Shown one piece after another: positions 50,293-60,482 of a DNA stretch of 64,000 bases. Source of the stretch: Eledone cirrhosa (lineage: Eukaryota); assembly GCA_964016885.1 (NCBI GenBank), contig OZ024740.1:142476001-142540000 (forward strand), given 5' to 3'. The position numbers and the translations under genes are program-made. Within the stretch, counting starts at the first letter, position 1. Each line of letters opens with the position of its first letter. The notes under the pieces were generated by a model. It was not told where the DNA came from. It did not search any database and worked only from the letters and a program-made list of their open reading frames with translations.

Positions 50293-50351
<59 letters not shown>

Positions 50352-50402
50352 TATATAAAAATTATATATACATATATATATATATGTGTATTATATAAAA
50401 AT

Positions 50403-50443
<41 letters not shown>

Positions 50444-50480
50444 ATATATTATATATATGTGTGTATGTGTATGTGTATGT
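50293..50480. repeat. (TA)n-rich microsatellite
   Basis: TA runs containing a short duplicated tgtattatataaaaattatatatac motif. Confidence 0.9.
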
Positions 50481-50945
50481 TATATGTTTACATGTGTACG
50501 TTATGCTGTATGTGTTGTTTCCCTCAAATATAAAATATTTGCCTACTCTCAAGAGTGTCTGCAAAAATCTAACTAATAACAGAACGTATCGATTGTATAA
50601 AGATTTAAACAAGTATATCTATATACTTGAAGTTAAACAATATATATATATGTATGTATATATGAATTAAAAATACAAACCTAGACTAAGAGATTCACAT
50701 CAATTTTTAACTGACTCCCTTATTTTCCGATTTCTCTTGATCTCAATATTGTGATGTTTATGAAACTAATCGACTGAGTATTTCATTTTATTTTGTAATT
50801 ATGATATTATTATAATTTTCTTTTTTTTTCTTTTTGTTAAATATTATTTCATAACTTCTAGTAGAATATTTACTTGGCAAAGAAGTCCCAATATTTATGT
50901 TGCTTTTGAAATAACCTAACACACAAATGCGTGCACGCGAGTATG

Positions 50946-51106
<161 letters not shown>

Positions 51107-51206
51107 AAATGTATTCGTGATGCACGAATACTTTTAGGTATCCACCATGCCAGAGCGAAAACAAATGTTGTTTATATATATAATATATATATATATATAT
51201 ACATAT

Positions 51207-51561
51207 ATATCAATAATATTAATAAATGGAAACTATCCTTATAAAACCATATTTATTTTATTATATATATTTAAAGGGTACCAACATTTTTGGTAAGCCT
51301 TCATCAGATAAAATATAAAAGTTGTTTTACAGATAGTGACATATTCAAAACAAGAACATATCGTTTTGCGTTCTATTCAAACAGAACGCAAAACGATATG
51401 TTCTTGTTTTGAATATGTCACTAACTGTAAAACAACTTTTATATTTTATCTGATGAAGGCTTACCAAAAATGTTGGTACCCTTTAAATATATATAATAAA
51501 ATAAATATGGTTTTATATAGATTCCATTTATATAGTTTCCATTTATTAATATTATTGATAT
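51207..51561. repeat. Near-perfect ~355-bp palindrome (fold-back) with a hammerhead-like motif in each arm
   Basis: Arms symmetric about the loop attcaaac (51375-51382); each arm carries tattttat-CTGATGA-...-TAAA-tatata-TA-ataaaata (51442-51503 on +, 51254-51315 on -). Confidence 0.9.
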
Positions 51562-51649
51562 TATACTCCAGAAGAAATTTGTAGAGTGCTTCTAATGTGT
51601 TATAAACTAAATTTGTTGAATAACCAACAAATTAAATCACTTATTGCTT

Positions 51650-51800
<151 letters not shown>

Positions 51801-51935
51801 TTTAAAAATGAAACTTAATGGCCGTGTGAGAACACCAAATACTAGTGCTTTAGGATTTTTATCTATCTTTAATCTCATTTAATCACGCGATATTTAGGTA
51901 AGTTAAACTACGGCTTATAAAGATTTTGCAAATTA

Positions 51936-53463
51936 CACCGTGTAACAAAAAAAAAAATGTTTTCTTTGTTCCTGGCTTGTAATCACTTTTTTGTGTTGCT
52001 TAGGTCCCAAATAAATAAAAAAAAGTGCTATTAAACAGTTAAAAGTTTCGGTTTGTAAAAATTCTAAGCTAATCACTAGAATTATTTGTATGCTGGATTT
52101 TACGTTGTATGTAAGTTTAATTTGCTTATGTTAAATGATATTTTTATATATGTTTCAGGTTAAATTAAAATTATAAAATAAAGAGTAATACCTAAAGAAA
52201 ATTATAAAAGTGCAATAAAGTATAAAATTGTTAAAAAGTGGATTAATGAGATTTATTGATACTGGATTTTCGCACCCTGAATAAAGGGTAAGTTGTGTTT
52301 TAAGCATTCGTCTCCACGATGAAGCAGTGGAACTGGTGAAGGAGGAAGTGCAGGTGACAAGTCAGAGAAGTCAACACGAACCTTTTACACTCAGGCTTTT
52401 ACACTCTTAGGGATGGCCTCTGCTTCTGCCATGACGTGCCTGGACTGTTTGACGTTATTGGGGTGCCGTTTGTGCCCAAGGAGTGGCGGCTATTTATAGA
52501 CAGCTCCACCACAAATTTTAAGGCTGTCCTCCTCCACAGTGGAAACAAGTTCCCGACACTGTCCCTAGCTCATTCAGTCTGCCTGAAGGAAGATTCCTAC
52601 AGTGTGAAAGTCCTCTTGGAAGCTCTGCAATACAACCAGTACAATTGGGAAATCATTAGAGACTTCAAGATAGTGGCTTTCCTGCTTGGACTCCAAGGAG
52701 GCTTTATCAAATTCCAATGCTTCCTCTGCCTTTGGGACAGCAGAGCCACCTCTGACCACTACAAAAGAAAGAACTGGGAGCAGCGAACATAATTTGTAGT
52801 TGGGACCCGGAACGTCCTGTGGGAGCCACTGGTTGATCCCAGGATTGTGCTCATGCCGCCACTGCACATTAAGTTTGGGTTGATGAAGCAGTTTGTGAAG
52901 TCTCTCAACCAAGAATCAGCCGCCTTTAAGTACCTTCTTGAGTTCTTCCCCAAGTTATCTGAAGCCAAAATCAAAGGTGGAATTTTTGTTGGACCTCAGA
53001 TAAAGAAGGTGTTTGAGTCTACCGAGTTCTCCAATAAGCTCAATAGGATTGAGAGAACAACATGGAACTGTTTCAAGGCAGTTGTTAAGGGCTTCCTGGG
53101 CAACTACAGAGCTGAAAACTACCAGCAACTGGTGCAGGATCTGATAAAGGCTTTTGGCGCCATGGGATGCAGGATGTCGCTTAAACTCCATATGCTGGAC
53201 GCTCACCTGGAAAAATTCAAGGACAATATGAGCGCCTACTCAGAAGAACAAGGCGAACGATTCCACCAAGATGTGAAAGAGATAGAGCGGAGGTACCAAA
53301 AAAATGTGTTTTTTCTTGAAAAATATGAAAATTTCGATATATCAAACTTCTGACCACAAACCCAAACTTACTATTAAATAATAGTGTTCTTTTATAATAA
53401 TGGGATATAAGAAACCAGGAAATGACATTTGAAACCGGGGAACAAAATATATTTTACCCGGTT
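51936..53463 (+). mobile_element. Chapaev3-like (CMC superfamily) DNA transposon, internally deleted
   Basis: Left end CACCGTGTAAC...TTTGTTCC; right end GGAACAAAA...TTACCCGGTT (8/10 terminal match); TTA on both sides (51933-51935, 53464-53466) fits a 3-bp TWA target-site duplication; encloses a transposase fragment. Confidence 0.7.
52410..53298 (+). pseudogene. Transposase catalytic region (Chapaev3-like), truncated at both ends, with one in-frame stop
   Basis: Motifs EWRLFIDSS..KAVLLH.GN, GLQGG..KF.CFLCLWDSRA, MPPLHIKFGLMKQFVK, FPKLSEAKIK.GIFVGPQI, GCRMSLKLH, SEEQGERFHQD..ERRYQ; ORFs at 52436 and 52847 share a frame and are separated by TAA at 52790-52792. Confidence 0.8.
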
Positions 53464-53661
53464 TTATTCATTTAATGTGATGCTCATTTTCGTACAGTGC
53501 GAGGTTCACGGGCTGGTAATTCACTAGCGTTAGAACTGACACAGCTTAAAATACAGGTAGCAAGATTTTTCCGTCTTAAAGGTGTTTTAGGGCATTTTAA
53601 CTGACATCTTTAGCTATTGTTTAAAGTAATCGGCTGTTATTGCAATCAAATTGAGCTTGGG

Positions 53662-53668
53662 ACACACA

Positions 53669-53707
<39 letters not shown>

Positions 53708-53713
53708 ACACAC
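53662..53713. repeat. (CA)n microsatellite
   Basis: Direct reading. Confidence 0.95.
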
Positions 53714-53796
53714 AAATAATGAATCAAAACATCAAATATGTTTAGAATTTTGTATTTCTCAATAAGTAAGCTCAATAGGCTTTATCTAGAGCCATA

Positions 53797-53953
53797 ATAA
53801 CCAAATCAAAAGATATATGTATATAGAGAGAGAAAGAATCATAACATTCTTCTAAAGAATATGTATTCGGTATATATACAATATACCGTGTTTCTTGTAC
53901 GATATGCGGCTCTTTCTCTCTAAATATAAACATATATCTTTTCATTTGGTTAT
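53797..53953. repeat. Short imperfect inverted repeat, MITE-like
   Basis: ataaccaaatcaaaagatatatgtatatagagagagaaaga versus tctttctctctaaatataaacatatatcttttcatttggttat; inner hairpin cggtatat..atataccg. Confidence 0.65.
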
Positions 53954-53962
53954 ATATATATA

Positions 53963-54182
53963 TAATGGTTTCTTATATAGGCACAAGGCCAGCAATTTTG
54001 GCGGAGGGGAAAGTCGATTAAATCGACCCCAGTGCGTGACTGGTACTTTATTTTATCGACCCCGTAAGGATGCAAGGCAAAGTTAACCTCGGCGGGATTT
54101 GAATTCAGATCATATAGGACCGTAACTCTATGCTGCAAAGCATGGCGTCCGGCTCTCTACCGATACTGCCAATCCACCGCCC
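53963..54182 (-). mobile_element. Full-length tRNA-derived SINE family A
   Basis: Reverse strand reads ggcggtggattggcagtatcggtagag (A box) ... ctgaattcaaatcccgcc (B-box-like) gaggttaactttgcc...gataaaataaagtaccagt...ctggccttgtgcc; nearly identical to 63867-64000. Confidence 0.9.
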
Positions 54183-54194
54183 TTTTATATATAT

Positions 54195-54460
54195 ATATAA
54201 TAAAACAAGGACGAATGGTTACTCCTTCATTACGTTTATTTGTTGGTGACGCATGTTTCGCTATTGATTAACTCAAGGTTCGATCTGTATCGGTCTAGCC
54301 CGACTCTGTAAATGTACTACCACAGAGGTCCTACGAGCCATTGATTACAGAGTTGGGCTAGACCGATACAGATCGAACGTTGAGCCGTTCAAAAGCGAAA
54401 CGCGCGTCACCAACCAATAAACGTATTGAAAGAGTAACCATTCGTCTTTGTTTTATTATA
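54195..54460. repeat. Imperfect inverted repeat (~116-bp arms, ~33-bp spacer), probable Penelope pLTR remnant
   Basis: Arms 54195-54311 and 54345-54460; they contain GAAAC-GCGC-GTC (or GAAAC-ATGC-GTC) followed by AATAAA. Confidence 0.8.
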
Positions 54461-54656
54461 CTGCACTCTGTCTAGCTCTACACCTTGATACCGACGTGAA
54501 CCTAAACATAGAGTGCTCACCCGGGTGAACCTACAGTAACTCCGCGTTACACTCCCTGGATGCGGCCGACCAGACTAGAAACTGTTAAATGTGTGGCCGC
54601 CTTCTTGTCTCTCTGCCTTTTCAGCTCCATGATTATATTCCTTTGTTAAATTTCGA

Positions 54657-54714
54657 ATACCTGATGATGTCACCGGATTCATACTGAACCCGGTCATTGA
54701 AATGTTCATAGTAT
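54657..54714 (+). ncRNA. Type I hammerhead ribozyme motif with extended stem II
   Basis: AUAC-CUGAUGA(54661-54667)-...ACCGGauucauacugaacCCGGU...-GAAA(54699-54702)-UGUUCA-UA-GUAU, followed immediately by AATAAA; AUA cleavage triplet. Confidence 0.65.
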
Positions 54715-54757
54715 AATAAACCTTTAAGGAATTACACCAGTCCAGCCTCCTGTTATT

Positions 54758-54763
<6 letters not shown>

Positions 54764-54811
<48 letters not shown>
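54764..54811. repeat. (TA)n microsatellite
   Basis: Pure run. Confidence 0.95.
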
Positions 54812-54815
<4 letters not shown>

Positions 54816-54952
54816 CACGAATTAAAAATTTAAGTAAACAATTTCTGTTTATATGGGATCTTGTGAAACTGAAATATATCAATCACACTTGAAACGTTGA
54901 GCGGAGCAAAAATCAACTCGGAAAAATCGGAATGTTGGCAACTCGGTACCTG

Positions 54953-55024
54953 GAGCAGCTTCACCGGTCCGTCTGTCCTGTGCTCATTATCGGGCACAGG
55001 ACAGACGGACCGGTGAAGTTGCTC
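54953..55024 (+). other. GC-rich hairpin, 33-bp stem and 6-nt loop
   Basis: GAGCAGCTTCACCGGTCCGTCTGTCCTGTGCTC-ATTATC-GGGCACAGGACAGACGGACCGGTGAAGTTGCTC; the only two non-Watson-Crick pairs are G-U on the + strand. Confidence 0.9.
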
Positions 55025-55387
55025 AGCGTCTGGTTTGAGCTAGACCTCCAGGTGTATAAGAACTGGAACGCGGTAACGAGCAGAGTAGTCACATTTACCC
55101 AGGCTGAAAAGAAGCTATCCATGAAAGGTTCCAGGATTCCATTTGACAACAGATAGTGCATCTGAAATATAAAGAATAAATATTTTCAATGCAACATTAT
55201 CTCTGGTTCTTTTCCTTTTTTATTCTCACCCCGTTTTTCTTTTTTCTTCCTCTTCCTCACTCAACCTTACATCTCTGTTTCTTCACCCGATCTTGTTACC
55301 TAATATATACAACTCCACCTGTATTGTCGTGGCTTCCAAAACTTAACCAATTTTCATATTACAGAATCCTAACTACAGCATTCTCTC

Positions 55388-55390
55388 TCA

Positions 55391-55440
<50 letters not shown>

Positions 55441-55546
55441 CACATATATATATATTAAAGTGTATGTGTGTGTGTGTGTGTGCTTACATCTATACACCCA
55501 CACACACGTACACACACACATACATACATACATATATGTATATGAG

Positions 55547-55577
<31 letters not shown>
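55388..55577. repeat. (CA)/(TG)/(TA) compound microsatellite
   Basis: Direct reading. Confidence 0.9.
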
Positions 55578-55582
<5 letters not shown>

Positions 55583-55769
55583 AAAAACAGGGAGAAAAAG
55601 ATTATTAGGAAGAAAAATATTATTTTTCCTTTTTATTTTTTTCTCTCTTTTTTTCTGGGTTAGAAAATGATTAAAACGAACTATTTTACTTTGTGTGAAG
55701 TGTTAAGGTATTAGTTGATTTATTTATTAATTAACAATACCATTTATTTATTTATATATTTAATAATTG

Positions 55770-55810
55770 TCTATTACCGGTTTCAGCATTTTTATGCATT
55801 ATCAAATGAT
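55770..55810 (-). ncRNA. Hammerhead-like motif (U3-A8 core variant) in the inverted pLTR
   Basis: Reverse complement of the motif at 59482-59522. Confidence 0.55.
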
Positions 55811-55814
55811 AATA

Positions 55815-58800
55815 AGGAAGAATTAAAATCCCTTCAACGTTGGAAAATAAACGAAACCTGGTTCTCTAACTATGAAACACTTTTCCAAAAAGAACACACA
55901 TCCAAGAACCCCTTCATTAAAACCATAATAACAAGAAAACTCAATCTCCACCCAAACACCACAAAACAACCAACAACAACAAAAAAACAATACCTCCCCA
56001 CATACCAAAAAAAGAAGGCATCACCTCGCCCCTACCTCCTACACCCACCACATAACTACCACACGGATTCCCAAGCAACAAATATAGTAATAGAGAAACA
56101 TCAGCTACAAGTTAGACACTACAACTTCTCTCCCACCAGGAGAAACCATAGAATCCCCCACACTTACACCCCCCCCCTAACATCCCCACACAACAAACCC
56201 ACAACCATCATTGCTTTCAACATAGAACCCAAAATACACAACTACCACACATGCCACATAGGGTCTCACAACCACACACCAACTATAAGGAAACCATAAT
56301 CTACCCTCCTCCACTAACCACATCCTACAACAACACCAGCACGCGACAATACAACCACACGAGACACCCTAACTACTACAACCACCATAACTACACGCCA
56401 TATAACAACAACAACAGGACTCAATATAACCACACAAGACAACCCTACTACAACCACCACCAAGTCTACACACCCTACAACAGCAGGCCTCAACACAACC
56501 ATACGATACAACCTAACTTCAACAACCACCACAACAACACACCCTATAACCACGTCCATCAAATCTACACACCCTACAACAACATCAGCAGGGTTCAATA
56601 CAACCACACGATACAACCTAACTTCAATAACCACCACAGCTACACACCATCTAACAACAACAGCCGGGGCCAATACAACCATAGATACATCCAAACTTCA
56701 ACAACCACCACAACTTCCGTAGTCATTTTTTAGACACAGCACACAGACACAGGGTAACGAGATAACACAAATCACACAGGAGACACAAAATGTAATAAAA
56801 ATTGTTAATTTAATCTCTAAAGAATTAACAACAGACCAAATCAACATACTCTCCAAAGGTCTAAAATTTACACCAACTCCCCAACGACCAAACTACCTCG
56901 AAATGAAGGAAGATAATGCAGAATTCTGTAGAAAACTAAGACTCAGCGAGCATCTATACGACAAATACAATGACTCAATAGCCAGAAGTAGAAGCAACTA
57001 CACCCCACCAAAAGGCAAGAACAAATTCCTCGATCAATTCTGCGAACACATTACTAATTACCCATACCACACCTACACAAACATAAACAAAAACCAAACC
57101 TAAGCAAAAAAGAATGGAATGGTATTAGCAGTCTAATGAACGACAAAACCCTAACAATCAAAGAGGCAGATAAAGGGAGTGCAGTGGTCCTATGAGGACA
57201 GATTACTACACGACTCTTAGTACTCTCAACTCTAGAAAACCAAACATATTTCGAAAAGGCCCAATACTACACACAACAGAAAATAATGAGAAACCTAAAA
57301 TCCCTAACAAAGAAGACCTTACAGACAAGGAATACAACTACATCACCAATTTCAAAAGCAGAACCAGCCTCTTCTACGGTATCCCAAAGACACACAAAAG
57401 CGAAGTAATAGACAGGGCCTGCAAGCAAGCCACAGACATTTACATCAATATACCCCCTCCTGATGACCTTAAATTAAGACCCATAATAGTAGGTACCACA
57501 TGTGAAACCCACCCCCTAAGCAACTTCCTAGATATTCTACTCAAACCTTTCCTAAAACATATAAAAGCTTCATAAGGGACGACCTTGACATGCTCAACCA
57601 CCTCCCAACAACACTCAATAATGAACATACCCTACTAGTAACCTGTCATCAATTTATATTCCAATATCCCACACAACCTAGGTATAGAGGCAATACAATT
57701 CTGGCTTGAAAATTTCCCTAGTGAACTCTCACAGCGCATCCCTAAAGAATTTGTGTTGGAGGGACTCAAATTCATCTTGGAAAACAATTTCTTCGAATTC
57801 GATGCCAAATACTACAGACAGAAATCTGGGACTGCCATGGGCACGAAAGTAGCCCCCTAATACGCCAACCTTGTCATGGGATATTTGGAAACCACTCTGT
57901 ACCGCAAAGTTCTAGACAAATACGGTAACCATTTCTACCAACACATAGAAAAGAACTGGAAGAGATATCTGGACGACTGCTTCATCCTCTGGCATGAAAG
58001 TATAGATAGACGGTTTGAGTTTAAAACCCTTCTAAATGGACTCAACACAAACTTACAATTCACAATGTATTACAGCCATGAACAACTCCCTTTCCTCGAC
58101 ATCCTCATCAAGAAAACAAACAACAAAATAGAAACAGACATATACTTCAAACCCACCGACTCCAAACAATACCTTTCATTCAACTCGTGCCACCCTCGAC
58201 ACACCAAAATGGCAATTCCTTATAACCTAGCCAGAAGGATCTGACAATAGTTTCAGATAAATACACATGCTACACACGACTAGAAGAATTAACAAACACA
58301 CTTATCAGCAGAAACTACCCACCATCCCTAATCAACAATGGATTCCAACGTGTCCTAAAACTCGACATCCAGGAACTCAGACACCCCAAACCCAGGAATG
58401 AACCGCAACAGAAAACTCTACCATATATCTCCACACACAACCCCCTCAACAATGAGGCATTCGACACCATCCTCCAGAACATTCCTTTACTAAAAAGAGA
58501 CCCAAGAATGAACAAAATCCTCCAAACACACAACATCATAAAGAGCAAAAGACAACCTAAATCTATAAAAAACATCCTCACACAAGCCAAAATCCAACCA
58601 ACCCTCACAATGAACCCTACAGTAACAAAATGCGGAAGGCCCAACTGTGGCATATGCATAAATCTAATAGAAGGTTCAACATCCCATTTTAAACAAGGAC
58701 AACATTTCACAGTTAAACACAACTTTATATGTGCATCTGAAAACCTAATCTATGTTTTGACCTTCTCGGGTTGTCAAGAGCACTACATAGGACAGACAAA

Positions 58801-59040
58801 AAACAGCCTCCGACAACGTATGACCGTCCATAAATCACAAATCAAAATACAGGAATACAGAAAGATTGCATTCAGTGAACATATTGCCAATTGTGCACCC
58901 AACCAACATCTAAACTTTAAAATTTCGCCATTTACAAATTCATAGATAACGCTACTTTCATCCATCGTACCAATAAGGAAACGTATTTCATTAACAAATT
59001 CCAACCTCTACTCAATGCAATAAACTTCGGACTAAACTAA
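55815..59040 (+). pseudogene. Penelope-like reverse transcriptase / GIY-YIG endonuclease, frameshifted with stops
   Basis: Motifs LSKGLKFTPTP, IKEADKGSAVV, FYGIPKTHK, LRPIIVG, LYSNIPH, YRQKSGTAMG..AP*YANL, WKRYLDDCF, LPFLDILI, IYFKPTD..YL.FNSCHP.H.K, CGRPNCGIC, NLIYVL..C..HYIGQT...LRQR..H; ends ...FGLN* at 59040. Confidence 0.92.
56320..56715 (+). repeat. Degenerate tandem repeat inside the Penelope N-terminal region
   Basis: Recurrent tacacaccctacaacaac..caatacaaccacacg..caacctaacttcaacaaccacc encoding YTPYNN..R.QYNHT.QPN.NNHH, about five copies. Confidence 0.7.
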
Positions 59041-59481
59041 AACTGGAACGAACAATGAACCAAATACAAATACCTATGTCTCTCTAAAGAGTTACATCCC
59101 CTACACCCTACCTAATCCTTTTTCTTAAATAAATTAAATACCATCCATCATTTCTCTCCCACCCTGAATTACCTCCCCTGCATATTAACTCTCTAAAAAG
59201 GGGAATCATATCAAACCCCAGACTACCATTTGCTTCCATCATGGATTAACTAAGCACTCTTGCTATATTAACACATTTTGATCTGCTTATCTTCAAGAAC
59301 TATGCCTGTAAATAATATTTTTTATTTTTTATTTCAGATTGCTTTATTATGTTCCACATTACGCCCTTTTTTTTTCTTTTTTCTTTTCACTTCATAAACC
59401 TTGTTTCTAAATAACATTATTCTTTCTGCAGCATTTCCTTAACATATTCAACACCACCATTTTACACCAATACATATTATT

Positions 59482-59522
59482 ATCATTTGATAATGCATAA
59501 AAATGCTGAAACCGGTAATAGA
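59482..59522 (+). ncRNA. Hammerhead-like motif (U3-A8 core variant) in the 3' pLTR
   Basis: UUGAUAA(59487-59493)-u-GCAU-aaaa-AUGC-u-GAAA(59508-59511)-CCGG-UA; palindromic stem III ACCGGU, GUA triplet; stem I is weak. Confidence 0.55.
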
Positions 59523-59724
59523 CAATTATTAAATATATAAATAAATAAATAAATAAATGCCTTTGTTAATTAATAAATAAATCAACTAATACCTTAACAC
59601 TTCACACAAAGTAAAATATTTCGTTTTAATCATTTTCTAACCCAGAAAAACGAGAGAAAAAAATAAAAAGGAAAAAAAAATATTTTTCTTCCTAATAATC
59701 GTCTTTTTCTCCCTGTTTTTCACA

Positions 59725-59912
59725 TATATATATATATATACTCATATACATATATGTATGTGTGTATGTATGTATGTATGTATGTGTGTATGTATGTATG
59801 TATGTATGTATGTATGTATGTATGTATGTATGTATGTATGTATGTATGTATGTGTGTGTGTACGTGTGTTTTTCATATATATATATCCTAACTCGTGTGC
59901 TCGCTCTCCAGA

Positions 59913-59972
<60 letters not shown>

Positions 59973-59979
59973 TATATAC
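59725..59979. repeat. (TA)n, (TATG)n and (TTA)n microsatellites
   Basis: Direct reading. Confidence 0.9.
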
Positions 59980-60357
59980 AGTCGATGTGCAAGTTCGTTA
60001 ATAAATAAACAATTTATACATGTATACATAGTATATTCTTCAAATGATACCAAAGCGGAACCGGTCGTGGACAATTGGTAAATATTTTCATAGTTGATCA
60101 ATATACAACAGGCTTGCTGACAGTTTTAACACTTCAGTTTGTTGTCTTTGTTATTAAAAATGATATCAAGTGAAAAATGAAATCTCTTTAGTAAAAAACG
60201 CTATCAAATCTAAATATTATCTTATCGGGTGTTGTCTTGGAAAAATACGACGCGATCCACTCGGCTGAAATACATTCTATCATAATTACCCTCGATGAAC
60301 GCTGACCTGGGGCTAAACGGAAACAAAATACTGCTCATTTACCTTTCAATGATATTC

Positions 60358-60482
60358 AATTTTGTCAGCTGAGTGGACTGAAACAACGTGAAGTAAATCG
60401 CCTTGCACAACGCGTCGTTGGAAATCGAACTCACAACGTTACAATAGTAAACTGAACACCCCTAACCACTAAGCCATACACT
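60358..60482 (-). mobile_element. tRNA-derived SINE family C
   Basis: Reverse strand reads gtgtatggcttagtggttagg (A box) ... gtgagttcgatttcc (B box) ... caaggcgatttacttcacgttgtttcagtccactcagctg. Confidence 0.7.

Larger units (their letters stand above)
49204..50295. mobile_element. Non-autonomous Penelope-pLTR or retrozyme-like element: one inverted unit plus ~1.6 direct tandem units
   Basis: 49204-49597 is the reverse complement of segments within 49596-50046; marker cgagcattataat recurs at 49595, 50014 and 50162; contains hammerhead motifs; no ORF; flanked by (TA)n on both sides. Confidence 0.75.
55578..59724 (+). mobile_element. Penelope-like retroelement (Neptune-type) with 3' pLTR and an inverted partial pLTR at the 5' end
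   Basis: RT plus GIY-YIG coding region; 55578-55814 is the reverse complement of 59478-59724; (TA)n on both flanks. Confidence 0.92.

Noticed and set aside
54375-54412. Complete hammerhead in the 54.2-54.46 kb inverted repeat
   Set aside because: Only the GAAAC...GTC half is present; neither arm has CUGANGA or a matching stem I
55578-59724. DNA transposon with 240-bp TIRs
   Set aside because: The interior encodes RT and GIY-YIG rather than a DDE transposase, and the repeat carries a hammerhead-like motif typical of pLTRs
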